A DNA stretch of 27,471 bases from a virus (IMGVR_UViG_3300048598_000250:1-27471), one strand, 5' to 3'. Counted from the stretch's first letter, positions 17,295 to 26,196 are shown. The notes: generated by a model from the letters alone, not told the origin. Program-made: numbers and translations.

Positions 17295-17750
17295 TCATTC
17301 GATGTTCGGCGGCAGGTCGGGCACGGGCGGAACGCTGGTCGGATGTGCGGAATTCGCCTGGTGCGGAACGCCGGACGGGTATGGGGCGCCGTACGTTTGC
17401 GGGGGCCGGGTCGGCGGTTGCTCGTTCTCGTATCTGGGCGGCGGCGTCGCGGGGGAAACCATGCGCCCGGCGTACATCTCCTCTGCACATACCTCGACGC
17501 GCAGCCCGTACGGGTCGACGAAGCGCTGGGTCAGGTAGCCGTGAACTGTGATCTCCATCCCATGACGGATGTTCGCGTTGCCCCAAATCCCAACCGCGCC
17601 CCAGGCGTTCACACGGTAGATCTCTTGCTTCATGCCCGCCTTGGCCTTGTGCGCCACGGAAAGGTTCAGCGAGAGCTGGGTGGTCCCGTTCATGTGGTTC
17701 ATCAGAATCGGCTGGTCGCAGACCACGCCGGACAGGAAAACTTCATTCAT
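17295..17750 (-). CDS. ssb: Single-stranded DNA-binding protein (OB fold)
   Basis: MNEVFLSG...VNAWG...GMEITVHGYL SSB pattern with a Pro-rich tail. Confidence 0.75.
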   Translation of the reverse strand: MNEVFLSGVVCDQPILMNHMNGTTQLSLNLSVAHKAKAGMKQEIYRVNAWGAVGIWGNANIRHGMEITVHGYLTQRFVDPYGLRVEVCAEEMYAGRMVSPATPPPRYENEQPPTRPPQTYGAPYPSGVPHQANSAHPTSVPPVPDLPPNIE

Positions 17751-17769
17751 GTGGGTGCTCCCTTCGGAG

Positions 17770-18627
17770 TCATTCCTTGAGGCCCAAAGCCCTCGCGGCG
17801 TCGCGGGGCGTCATCATGATGGCATCGATCCCATATGTGGGATTTGTGAGGTATTCTTTCAGCTCCGGCGCCATATCCCAAGAGTCATAGGCGATGGTGT
17901 TGCGCAGCGTCGGGTCGCTGTATGCGGCAAGTGCGCAGGAGACGATCTTGGCGTATTCATCGACTGTCTGCTGCTGCATAAGCTGAACGCAAACGCCATG
18001 ATACTTCCCGGAGTGGAACATCATCTCGTAGTGGGAGCCGTGCTTCGAGATGTAGATGTCGGGCTTCGGCAGCGGTTCCGGCGCGGGGAAGAGCTTCTTT
18101 TCGGCTCTGATGTCCTCGATGGGCTCAATTCCCCGCGCGCGAAGGGCCTCGTTAGGGGTGCGGACCCCGCGCACAACATCCGTCATGGCGAAGTGGCCCT
18201 GTTTTTGGCCATGCTGAGTGCCCTCCTTGAGCCCGTCATCGTAGTTCTTTGTCCCTTCTGGCGCGAGTTTTCTGTCAGCGCGGTAGTCATTGATCGTCGG
18301 GAGCCCAACATCGAGTAGCGCGTCGTTCGGCGATATCGCGCCCACCACAACATCGAACATCGCCCTGGCGAACCTGCTTTTCAGATCGCGACTTTCCGCC
18401 TTTACGCTATGCTCCTGCAGTTTGAATGCGTATATGGACTTTGCCTCCTTCGCAAGTCCAAGCCGCTCCCGCGCCTCGTTGATCGTGATCTTGTCGAAGG
18501 CGATGTCATCGAGGACTTGCGCAATCTTTTGTTCCTGCGCTTCTGCGGATTCCGCCAGCAGCTTTGAAAGCTGCCGCGTCGATGGGATGTTCGGCATTAT
18601 GATGCATCCGTTTGCTAAACTGGCCAT
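17770..18627 (-). CDS. Hypothetical protein with four repeated (T/S)xN(E/D)AxxxxG(L/I)-like motifs
   Basis: AAGGAG RBS before MASL. Motifs TINEARERLGL, SPNDALLDVGL, TPNEALRARGI, TPRDAARALGL. Confidence 0.65.
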   Translation of the reverse strand: MASLANGCIIMPNIPSTRQLSKLLAESAEAQEQKIAQVLDDIAFDKITINEARERLGLAKEAKSIYAFKLQEHSVKAESRDLKSRFARAMFDVVVGAISPNDALLDVGLPTINDYRADRKLAPEGTKNYDDGLKEGTQHGQKQGHFAMTDVVRGVRTPNEALRARGIEPIEDIRAEKKLFPAPEPLPKPDIYISKHGSHYEMMFHSGKYHGVCVQLMQQQTVDEYAKIVSCALAAYSDPTLRNTIAYDSWDMAPELKEYLTNPTYGIDAIMMTPRDAARALGLKE

Positions 18628-18675
18628 CGTTTTTCTCCTTCCCGCCGGGGGCCAAGGCCCCCGGCGCATCGTTTC

Positions 18676-19536
18676 TTAGAAGTTCTCGGCGGGCGGCGTG
18701 CCGACGGGCACCGCGAACGGATCCTCCTCGTCAGGATCGACTTCGATGAACCCGCCGTTCTTGGCGTTGATCGGCGCGGAGTGCTTGGGAACGTATGGCT
18801 CCGAGCGGTCGCCATCGTCGACGCCGTCGACGGCGACTTTCTTGGCGGCCGCCTCGAACTGCGCGGCATACTCCTTCACGCGGGCGATCTCATCGGGCGG
18901 CAGCGCGGCGTCGGCCTCGAACACGGCGACAGAGTATTCCTGGCTCTTCTCGACGCCGGGTATGGCCTTGAGCGAGATCCGGGTGATCACGGTGTCGGCG
19001 GTCTTGCGCTTCACCGCAAGCCTGGTGCGGTAGAAGTCGAAGGCTTTGAGCGATGTGGCCGGGAGCGACAGGATGATCGGGAACACGTCGCCCTCGCGCA
19101 TGATGTAAAGGCGGCGCATGTTCCTGCACGCCTTGCCGCGGGCGTTGTCATCGGTGCCGAACTGGTTGTACGGGCACGTCGCACATTCCTTGCACTCGCC
19201 GGTGAGCGCGACGATTCCGATCTCGCCGTCGGTGCTTGAGCACTCAGGGGATTTGGGGCCTTCGGTCTTGACGCCGAACTTCGTGGCCCACTTGACGTTG
19301 ACCTTGTGGGAGAACAGGATCACGCCGATGATCTCGGACGCGGACGTAGCGTTCTCGTCGCCCGGCTCAAGCACCTTGAAGGCGTTCAGGCCGCCGGAAG
19401 CAACGGTGATGCGTCCGTACGGAATGCGCTCGATGTCTTTCAGTTCCGCGAGTATGGCCGCCATGTCTTCCACCTGGGGGATGATCGTGACGCTGCCCGG
19501 ATCGAGAACCACGAGCTCGTTCTTCTTGTTTGCCAT
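18676..19536 (-). CDS. Conserved phage replication protein, probable ssDNA-binding or annealing protein
   Basis: CxxCPYNQFG...GKACRN...LSLPATSLK pattern, acidic EEDPF tail, and position in the replication module. Confidence 0.65.
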   Translation of the reverse strand: MANKKNELVVLDPGSVTIIPQVEDMAAILAELKDIERIPYGRITVASGGLNAFKVLEPGDENATSASEIIGVILFSHKVNVKWATKFGVKTEGPKSPECSSTDGEIGIVALTGECKECATCPYNQFGTDDNARGKACRNMRRLYIMREGDVFPIILSLPATSLKAFDFYRTRLAVKRKTADTVITRISLKAIPGVEKSQEYSVAVFEADAALPPDEIARVKEYAAQFEAAAKKVAVDGVDDGDRSEPYVPKHSAPINAKNGGFIEVDPDEEDPFAVPVGTPPAENF

Positions 19537-19564
19537 GGGTATCCTCCTTAAAAGTTGATTTTAA

Positions 19565-20665
19565 TCATTGCGCGGTGCGCACCGGCAGGACGAGGATTAT
19601 GAAGTCATTCTGCTCTGTCGGTGCGATCACGCAAGGCTGGGTACTGGCGTTGAAGCGCAGCTCCACTTCGGCGGTTTCGATCGCCTTCAGCGCGTCGATG
19701 ATGTACTTCACGTTGAACGCGATCTTGAGATCGTCGCCTTCTTTGGTGACGCATACCGCCTCGGTGCAGCTGGCCACTTCGGACGCCGCCTCAACGAAGA
19801 GCGCGTTGCCTTCGATGCGCATCCGAAGGATGTGGTCGCCATTGTCGGCCGCAATGGACGCGCGGGCGACGGCGGCTCGAAGTTCCTCGGTCTGCGCGAT
19901 CGCGCGCGTTCCGAATGATGTGGGGATGATCTTCCTGTAGTCGATGTACTGGCCCGCGATCAGGCGAGTGTGGATCTCTGCGTCGCCCAGCGCGGCGTAG
20001 AGGCTGTTGGGGCCGAACTGCAGCGTGCAAGGGGCATCGTCGTGGCGAAGCATCCGAAGCAGCTCGGCAGCCGCCTTGCCCGGGATGATCGCAGAAACCT
20101 CGTCCGGGATCGCGGAGCAGATGCTGGTGACCCGGACCAGCCTGAATCCGTCCAGGCCCACCAGGGTGACGTTACCGCCGCGCGTCTCAAAGTACGCGCC
20201 GGTGAGAACCTCCCGCAGGTCAGCCGAGGCCACGGCGGGCAACGCTTTGTCGAGCATCTCGCGCAGCATGCTGTGTGTCATGGTGGCCTTCTTCGTGTGC
20301 TGGTCGGCGGGTGGCTCCGGGAACAACTCGGCGCTCTGCCCGGAGATGTTCGTGCGAGACCCGGAGCAGGTAATTCGGAACATGTCCTTTTCGTCGACCG
20401 CGACGGTCAGAATCCCACCGCCGCTGCGTTTCACCAGATCCGTGAACAGGCGCCCCGGCGCGACTGCGCTGCCCGGTTCCAAAATGGTCGCGTCCGCACG
20501 CGCGATGATCGTCGTGTTCCCATCCGAGCATGTCAGGCGCACGCAGTTGTCGCCAGCCGTGACCAGCACCCCTTCCAAGATGGGGTTTGGCGTGCGCGCG
20601 GAAAGCGCCCGGGTCGCCGTGGCCAGCGCGTTCGCAAGGAGTGACGCCGGAACTGAGAACTTCAT
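19565..20665 (-). CDS. dnaN: DNA polymerase III beta sliding clamp (phage copy, 366 aa)
   Basis: NPILEGV, DGFRL, IIPGK, RLIAGQYIDY, IAFNVKYIIDAL and LVLPVR motifs, full length. Confidence 0.93.
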   Translation of the reverse strand: MKFSVPASLLANALATATRALSARTPNPILEGVLVTAGDNCVRLTCSDGNTTIIARADATILEPGSAVAPGRLFTDLVKRSGGGILTVAVDEKDMFRITCSGSRTNISGQSAELFPEPPADQHTKKATMTHSMLREMLDKALPAVASADLREVLTGAYFETRGGNVTLVGLDGFRLVRVTSICSAIPDEVSAIIPGKAAAELLRMLRHDDAPCTLQFGPNSLYAALGDAEIHTRLIAGQYIDYRKIIPTSFGTRAIAQTEELRAAVARASIAADNGDHILRMRIEGNALFVEAASEVASCTEAVCVTKEGDDLKIAFNVKYIIDALKAIETAEVELRFNASTQPCVIAPTEQNDFIILVLPVRTAQ

Positions 20666-21153
20666 TTCGTCCCTGCCTTCCTGTCGCTGATCGTGCTCTT
20701 GTCGTACTGGGTGAGCAGATCGGCCAGGTCGGAGAACCGCTCGGGCAGATCGTCTGTTCCGGCGTCGGCGATCGCATCCTCCAGCGACTTTGTAAGCGTG
20801 CGGTTGTCGACCTTCTCGACGATGAGGTCGCTCATTCCCAGCTCCCTCAGCGCGGCGTATGCGGCGTCCCTGTTTTCCGCCTTGATCGAGTAGTAGTGCT
20901 TGGTGGTGACGCCGTAGTTGCGGCCGTCGCACGTGACCTTGAACGCAGTCGGGTCATCGAACCCCGCGGCCTCGGCGACGTCAAGGAACTCGGTCACGAG
21001 ATCCTGCTCGGTCTGCTTGATCAGCGCGTTGTTCTCCTTGACCAGGTCCTCCAGCTGTTTCTTGCGCTCCTTCAGCTCGGCGAACAGGCGCAGATGGTCT
21101 GACAGCTTGCCGCTTGCTGCCGTCGGGACGTCTTTTGGCTTCTTGGTGCTCAT
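20662..21153 (-). CDS. Conserved phage coiled-coil protein of replication modules
   Basis: LKERKKQLEDLVK...ALRELGMSDLIVEKVDNRTL. AAGGGAG RBS. Confidence 0.7.
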   Translation of the reverse strand: MSTKKPKDVPTAASGKLSDHLRLFAELKERKKQLEDLVKENNALIKQTEQDLVTEFLDVAEAAGFDDPTAFKVTCDGRNYGVTTKHYYSIKAENRDAAYAALRELGMSDLIVEKVDNRTLTKSLEDAIADAGTDDLPERFSDLADLLTQYDKSTISDRKAGTK

Positions 21154-21166
21154 GGGGGACTCCCTT

Positions 21167-21406
21167 CTATGATCGGCTTTGCTTGTACTCTCGTTCGATG
21201 TCTTCGAGGCACGCAAGCAGAATCGCGCGGGCGAACGGGTGTGCGTTGTGGCTGAACGCGATGCTCGAGAGTTCCGCGGCCGCATCGCTCCAAAACTGCT
21301 TGTCCTCGACGGGATGCTGGTACTTCTGGCGGTATCTGTACGCGTCGAGCATGATCGCGCGCAGCTCCGGGGCCATCGGGGGAAGCTCTTGCTTCTGATC
21401 GGCCAT
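21167..21406 (-). CDS. Hypothetical protein
   Basis: GGGAGG RBS, TAATG coupling with the upstream gene. Confidence 0.6.
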   Translation of the reverse strand: MADQKQELPPMAPELRAIMLDAYRYRQKYQHPVEDKQFWSDAAAELSSIAFSHNAHPFARAILLACLEDIEREYKQSRS

Positions 21407-21669
21407 TACCACGCCTCCCGGCTCTCGCGCGCGGCCTCGGCGATCCCGAGCCCGAACGCGCTCTCGTCCATGCGGCCGCCGCGCTGCTGAGCCATTGCGT
21501 CCTCCGCATCGTCGATCGCTTCATCCGGCGTTGCCCTGGTCGCGGTCGCGCGCGCGCCGCACGTGGGGCACGACAGGCGCGCCCTGAACGCGGTACCGCC
21601 GGTGGCGGTCTTGATGGGGTCGATGAACTGCTCGACCCCGTACGATTTGCAAACTGCGCATCTAGTCAT
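21406..21669 (-). CDS. Zn-ribbon hypothetical protein
   Basis: CAVC...CPTCG. AGGAGG RBS. Confidence 0.6.
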   Translation of the reverse strand: MTRCAVCKSYGVEQFIDPIKTATGGTAFRARLSCPTCGARATATRATPDEAIDDAEDAMAQQRGGRMDESAFGLGIAEAARESREAW

Positions 21670-21895
21670 TGTGCGCCTCCTGTTCGATTGGTTGCTTCAG
21701 GCAGACCGGCGTCGCCTTGCAGTAAACCTTCTGCTCCAGCTCCATCGGCCGATGGCAGTGCGGGCAGCTGATGAGCATGGCGTATACTTTGTAGTCGGTT
21801 GCCTTCCAAAGGTCAAACTCGCGGATGCACCACGGACAAACCATGTACCGATTGTCGGACAGCGCAAATTCACGTTTTGGGGTGTCCATTGTCAT
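21662..21895 (-). CDS. Zn-ribbon hypothetical protein
   Basis: CPWC...CPHC motifs. Confidence 0.6.
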   Translation of the reverse strand: MTMDTPKREFALSDNRYMVCPWCIREFDLWKATDYKVYAMLISCPHCHRPMELEQKVYCKATPVCLKQPIEQEAHND

Positions 21896-22082
21896 CCCCC
21901 TTCCGCGGCGGGTAGAGATCGTCGACGCCAGGCCGGTTCTCCGTCTCGTCTTCCATGCGTTGCACGTGCCCGAACCCAACGGCTCCGCAGTTTGCGCACG
22001 AGAACCGCCCAAAGAACCCGAACCATATGCGGAGGTCCGTGTATACCCCGCAAACCGGGCACTTGACTACGCCCCGCTTCAT
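21870..22082 (-). CDS. Zn-ribbon hypothetical protein
   Basis: CPVCG...CANCG. AAGGGAG RBS. Confidence 0.55.
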   Translation of the reverse strand: MKRGVVKCPVCGVYTDLRIWFGFFGRFSCANCGAVGFGHVQRMEDETENRPGVDDLYPPRKGDDNGHPKT

Positions 22083-22414
22083 CAAAACGCTCCCTTCATG
22101 GTGGCTGTCTCGCCGTCCCACGCCCATTTGCTGTTGTCTGCCTTGCAGTTGCAGCACGGCGGATCAGACGTCTCGACGTTCTTGTGCTGACAGGAATTGC
22201 AGTCCGCAACTACGCCCATGAACCTGACCTTGAGATCGCGGAGCGCAGTTTCCTTGCTCTGCAGCTCCCCAAGCAGGTGCTCCAGGTCGGCGACCGCCCA
22301 CGAGTCGATGGAGATCTTCGCCAGCGTTGCGCGGATCCCGGCGTCCGGTTCGTCCGACTTCAGCGCGGCGCGGTACTCGGCCACCCGGGCCATGATCTCG
22401 TCGGTGCGGCTCAC
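22082..22414 (-). CDS. Hypothetical protein with C-terminal Cys cluster
   Basis: GTG start overlapping the Lar stop, GGAGG RBS, CNSCQH...PCCNC...W.W motif. Confidence 0.6.
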   Translation of the reverse strand: MSRTDEIMARVAEYRAALKSDEPDAGIRATLAKISIDSWAVADLEHLLGELQSKETALRDLKVRFMGVVADCNSCQHKNVETSDPPCCNCKADNSKWAWDGETATMKGAF

Positions 22415-22713
22415 GGTGCCCTCCTGTTCCATTTGCCAGCGGCTTCCGCAGGAGTCCTTGCATACCCGGACGCCGCGCCACACCCGCGCTCCCATCCGGG
22501 TACCGGCACAGGACCAGGCTCGGTCACGCTGCAAACGACGGCGAAATTCTCATCCTGTCCATCGCTTACGCTGGCGTCGTGGACAATCTCGGTTCTGTGC
22601 CCCAGCCATGGCGCGGATGCGTTCCCGCAAAACGGGCACGGTTTGATGTAAACTCCGTTCGCGCGCCACGCCGCCGCGCGCTCCGGGCCGGTCACGGGGC
22701 ACCATCGGGCCAC
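22411..22713 (-). CDS. Lar-family restriction alleviation protein
   Basis: IKPCPFCG...GCGA.SG...EAAGKWNRR signature. Confidence 0.8.
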   Translation of the reverse strand: MARWCPVTGPERAAAWRANGVYIKPCPFCGNASAPWLGHRTEIVHDASVSDGQDENFAVVCSVTEPGPVPVPGWERGCGAASGYARTPAEAAGKWNRRAP

Positions 22714-22970
22714 GGGTTTTCGGCCTTTTCTTCTTCGGTCGGCGGCTGCGGCAGCGCCCAGATGCGAAAGAACTGTTCTTGGATGGACCGTTCCTTGTGG
22801 AGGTGGTACGGTCCAAACATGTCCGACACAACCGGCGATCCATCATCTTCATTCTCGCGCGTATGTACGCCGCTGAGATCCTTGAATGCGCCGCGAAGCT
22901 CAACATAGACCTGTGTCCCGAGCGGAAGCGCGATCGCCTCTGCCTGTGAAATGAGGTGGTTCTTTTCCAT
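22692..22970 (-). CDS. Hypothetical protein (92 aa)
   Basis: AGGAGG RBS, RIWALPQPPTEEE...PW tail. Confidence 0.65.
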   Translation of the reverse strand: MEKNHLISQAEAIALPLGTQVYVELRGAFKDLSGVHTRENEDDGSPVVSDMFGPYHLHKERSIQEQFFRIWALPQPPTEEEKAENPWPDGAP

Positions 22971-22979
22971 GAATGCCTC

Positions 22980-24368
22980 CTATCCCAAAAGGTCGCGCCA
23001 GTTGTCCACGACCTTCTTCGCCAGATCGTCCTTGCGATGGAGTGCCGCCAGGACCTTCTCGTCCACGGTTCCCGGAACCACGAGGTTGATGTAGGTGCAA
23101 GCGTTCCGCTGGCCGATGCGGTGGATGCGGTCCTGGCTTTGGAGGTACTGGCCGAGGCTCCACCCGATGCTGTAGTAGAGCATCGTGTCGGCGGCCGTCA
23201 GAGTCAGTCCCTCCGCGCATGCCTGGATGTTCCCGATGAACACCCGCACGCCCGGGTTGTTCTGGAACTGCTCGACGATCCTGCCGCGCGTCACGGCGTC
23301 AACGCCTCCGCGAATCCCAACAACATGTTCATATGGGCCGAGGTCGCTCAGTGCCTTGTTTGCCCGCGCCATCAGCGCGTCGTACTCGGCCGTGTAGCGG
23401 CAGAAGATCACGAGCTTCCGGCATTCGTCGACGCACAGTGTCTCGATGAGCTCCGTGGCTGCGCCGAGCTTGGCGGTGCTCACGGCGTGCGATTTGCCAT
23501 CGTCATCGGTGAGAAACCCGCCGACGATCTGCTGCAGCCGCAGCAGCTTGGTGAGCACGATGTTCGGGGTCACTGTGCCACCGCTTTCCAGTTCTGCGTA
23601 GCTCTCCTTGCGGATGCGCTCGTAGAGCTTGGCTGCATCGTCCTCGAGCAGCACCGGATGATCCTCGAAGGACTTCTCGGGCAGGTCGAGGCAATCTTTT
23701 TTGCGGACACGAAGCGCAATGCTGTGCATCTTCCGGGTCAGCTCGTCGATGTTCCGCGGTCCAAGGTACTGGTGGTTGCCGTACCCGCCAAAAACGCAGA
23801 ACCGGTTCTGGAACGCGTAGAAGTTCCGCCCGAAGACGTCCGGGGCAAGGAACCGGTACTGCGACCAGATGTCGCGGACGTCCTGCTGCATCGGCGTGCC
23901 GGTCAGAGTGAGCTTGAACTTCGCGGCGTCCCCGAGTCGATGCATCGCCTTGGATTGCGCGGCCGTGTGCCCCTTGATGCGCTGGCTCTCGTCGCAGATG
24001 ATCATGTCCGGGGCGAAAGCGGCAAGCTCGTCCTCGAGGCGCCATGTGCTCTCGTAGTTGATCACCGCGACACGCAGCGGGTCGGTTGCGCCCGCGACAA
24101 CGGGGGCGGTCAGCGCCTTGAGCGCCTTGAGCCGCTTGTCCTTCGTTCCGAGCAGCATCTTCACGCGGTGCGGGAAGTCAGCGAACTTGGCGTACTCCGC
24201 GGGCCAGACCGGGCACACGCTGGACGGCGCGACCACGAGCACGCGCTTGATGTGTCCGTCGAGGTAGAGCCGACCGGTGATGGCGACCGCCGCCAGCGAC
24301 TTGCCGCAACCCATGTCAAGGAAAAGGCCGCACCCGCCCCCGCGCACATTGGATTCCGTTTGAATCAC
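22980..24368 (-). CDS. SNF2-family (SF2) helicase/ATPase, catalytic part from motif I onward
   Basis: DMGCGKS (I), VVAP (Ia), ICDESQRIK (II), LTGTP (III), QSQDRIHRIGQ (VI). Start uncertain (24347-24368). The longer computed ORF only reads through the repeat array. Confidence 0.9.
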   Translation of the reverse strand: MIQTESNVRGGGCGLFLDMGCGKSLAAVAITGRLYLDGHIKRVLVVAPSSVCPVWPAEYAKFADFPHRVKMLLGTKDKRLKALKALTAPVVAGATDPLRVAVINYESTWRLEDELAAFAPDMIICDESQRIKGHTAAQSKAMHRLGDAAKFKLTLTGTPMQQDVRDIWSQYRFLAPDVFGRNFYAFQNRFCVFGGYGNHQYLGPRNIDELTRKMHSIALRVRKKDCLDLPEKSFEDHPVLLEDDAAKLYERIRKESYAELESGGTVTPNIVLTKLLRLQQIVGGFLTDDDGKSHAVSTAKLGAATELIETLCVDECRKLVIFCRYTAEYDALMARANKALSDLGPYEHVVGIRGGVDAVTRGRIVEQFQNNPGVRVFIGNIQACAEGLTLTAADTMLYYSIGWSLGQYLQSQDRIHRIGQRNACTYINLVVPGTVDEKVLAALHRKDDLAKKVVDNWRDLLG

Positions 24369-24398
24369 TCCCTTCCAATATAATAGGGGCGTTCCCCC

Positions 24399-25137
24399 GT
24401 GGAGAGGGGCTTTGACGATAAACCTCTCAGAACGCCTTGCCAGACCGTGCCAGACCGTGCCACGCCGAACCGAGCCGAGCCGGATCCAACCTTGCCTATC
24501 CATACATTGCCTATCCTTACCAAACCCCACCTCGCCCAGCATTGGCTTGCAGTGCCCTGCCTTGTTGGTGGAGAGAGGCTTTGACGATAAACCCCTCGGA
24601 ACGCCATACCAGACCAGACCCCGCCATTCCCCGCCTTGCAATGCCGTAGCAAGCCGTGCCAGGATGTGGATGGGGGCTTTGTCGATGAACCCCCAAGAAC
24701 GCCGTACCCTGCCTCGCCTCGTCTCGCCTCGTCTCACCACGCCTCGCCCCGCCCTGCCTCTCCATTCCATTCCATTCCATACCATGCCTTGTGATGGATG
24801 GGGGCTTTGACGATGAACCCCCAAGAACGCCGTACCATGCTCCGCCGTGCATAACCGCGCCTGGCCTTACATTTCCCCAGACTGCCTCATCACGCCGCGC
24901 CGAACCATGCTTCTCCGTACCACGCCCCGCATCGCCCTGCCCCTCCGGGCCTAGCCAGAGGCTGCCATGCCAGGTTGTGGATGGGGGCTTTGACGATGAA
25001 CCCCCAAGAACGCCGTGCCATGCATTGTCCTACCATGCCTGACCACTCCTTGCCCTGCCCTGCCTCGCCTCACATCACCACGCCATACCGTGCCTTGCAA
25101 TGGAGGGCGGCTTTGTCGCGAAACCGCCCAGAACGGG
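24399..25137 (-). ncRNA. Array of five putative guide-RNA units: phased (GGY-NN)n tracts separated by a 38-nt hairpin repeat (VIPR-like)
   Basis: Repeats at 24399-436, 24568-605, 24666-703, 24794-831, 24977-25014, 25100-137. Pentamer tracts at 24437-561 (25 units), 24606-660 (11), 24704-788 (17), 24832-971 (28), 25015-094 (16). The array begins 1 nt after the stop of the RAMP-like gene. Confidence 0.85.
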
Positions 25138-25138
25138 G

Positions 25139-25765
25139 TTAGTCCTCGGTGAGAACCGAGAAGCTGTCAAGCTGGAACCGACCGAAGCTCGGCCGGAAGT
25201 CACCGATGCCGATCAAGCGCCCAGCGTTGGTGACCAGCATGTGCAGCATCTGGGGGGTGATGTACTCGGCCAGAACCACCTGCATGATGAATTCCAGCGA
25301 CCAGCCGGTGTTCATGGCGGGCCGGACCCGCGTGATGGCGTTGCGCTGAATGACCACGCGCCGCCGGTCGAGGTAGTCGGGGTCCGCGACGCCGAAGGAG
25401 GCGAACTCGGTGAAGCTGATGACGCCCGCACGGAGCAGGTCCATCGCGCTCTTGCGCGGCGAACGGGGGTCCTGCAGATACTTGCCCGCGTGAACGATGC
25501 TCTGCTTCAGGTACTCGCCGGGGATGGCGATGGTGCCGTCGGTCGCCCGGTACATGTAGCTCTCGAGATCGTCGGACTTCTTGGCCTTGGAGCCCTTCGC
25601 TGCCTTGCCCTTCTCCTCGACTGCCTCGGCGCAGTACCGGTGCATGAGGATGGGCGCCGTGCCCGAGATTCTGATTGCCGCGCTGTAGGGCGGGGTGATG
25701 GAATTCTCCGCGCCGTTGCTGATCTGATCGTCCGCCAGATTGGTTGCCGTTGCTTTGCGTGCCAT
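25139..25765 (-). CDS. Stand-alone RAMP/Cas7-like RNA-binding protein (208 aa), putative effector of the adjacent array (Vipr-like)
   Basis: N-terminal strand IRISGTAPILMH, IPGEYLKQSI (compare Csm3/Cmr4 IPGSSLKG), C-terminal Gly-rich loop AGRLIGIGDFRPSFGRF. Strong GGGAGAGG RBS. Flanked by the repeats. Confidence 0.8.
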   Translation of the reverse strand: MARKATATNLADDQISNGAENSITPPYSAAIRISGTAPILMHRYCAEAVEEKGKAAKGSKAKKSDDLESYMYRATDGTIAIPGEYLKQSIVHAGKYLQDPRSPRKSAMDLLRAGVISFTEFASFGVADPDYLDRRRVVIQRNAITRVRPAMNTGWSLEFIMQVVLAEYITPQMLHMLVTNAGRLIGIGDFRPSFGRFQLDSFSVLTED

Positions 25766-25804
25766 GATATGTACCTCTCCCTTTTTGGATTGCCCTTGTG
25801 GGCT

Positions 25805-25842
25805 GTGGATGGGGGCTTTGTCGGTAAACCCCCAAGAACGCT
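25805..25842 (-). repeat. Isolated copy of the 38-nt hairpin repeat in the 5' leader of the RAMP-like gene
   Basis: Plus strand GTGGATGGGGGCTTTGTCGGTAAACCCCCAAGAACGC, with no pentamer tract attached. Confidence 0.85.
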
Positions 25843-25857
25843 CGGGCGATTTTTCAG

Positions 25858-26196
25858 TTACTCCAATCCGAAGAGGCTCCTCTGCGCTTCTTTGCCCGCC
25901 AGTCTATCCCTGAGCAGATGTGGTAGGAGCGGATAGTCTTCCGCGCAGTTTTCGATGAGCGCGTCGAGCGCCGTAAGCATCGTGTGCGTGCTGAAAGTAC
26001 CAAGGATCCCGACTTGCGTCGACGGGCGCGGATCACCGTCTTCCGACGTATCTCCCCTCTTGCGAACTGCGATGAGTACGCCCTCACCTTCGGTTTCGTG
26101 GTTGACCACCTCTCCGGTTTGCAGGTTCGTAAGAACAATCGTCACCTTGACATGGTCCGCTTGCTCGTCCGGCTGGCCTTTCATAATCTCTTCCAT
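25858..26196 (-). CDS. Hypothetical protein (112 aa) embedded between two repeats
   Basis: AAGGGAG RBS before MEEIMKG. Ends in QRSLFGLE. Confidence 0.7.
   Translation of the reverse strand: MEEIMKGQPDEQADHVKVTIVLTNLQTGEVVNHETEGEGVLIAVRKRGDTSEDGDPRPSTQVGILGTFSTHTMLTALDALIENCAEDYPLLPHLLRDRLAGKEAQRSLFGLE

Noticed and set aside
19565-20665. Host chromosomal dnaN locus (prophage boundary)
   Set aside because: No dnaA, recF or gyrB neighbours are present, and the gene is translationally coupled to phage genes.
24759-24788. Simple (ATTCC)n microsatellite or low-complexity noise
   Set aside because: Only three identical units occur, and they are in phase with a much larger heterogeneous pentamer array bounded by structured repeats.
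24369-24824. 152-aa N-terminal extension of the helicase, and other ORFs across the array
   Set aside because: The G/R/W-rich translation is a by-product of GGYNN repeats, there is no RBS, and helicase similarity starts near 24368.
24399-25137. Canonical CRISPR array
   Set aside because: The spacers are 60-145 nt, unequal in length and built from phased pentamers rather than unique foreign sequence. The repeats vary, and no cas1/cas2 is seen.
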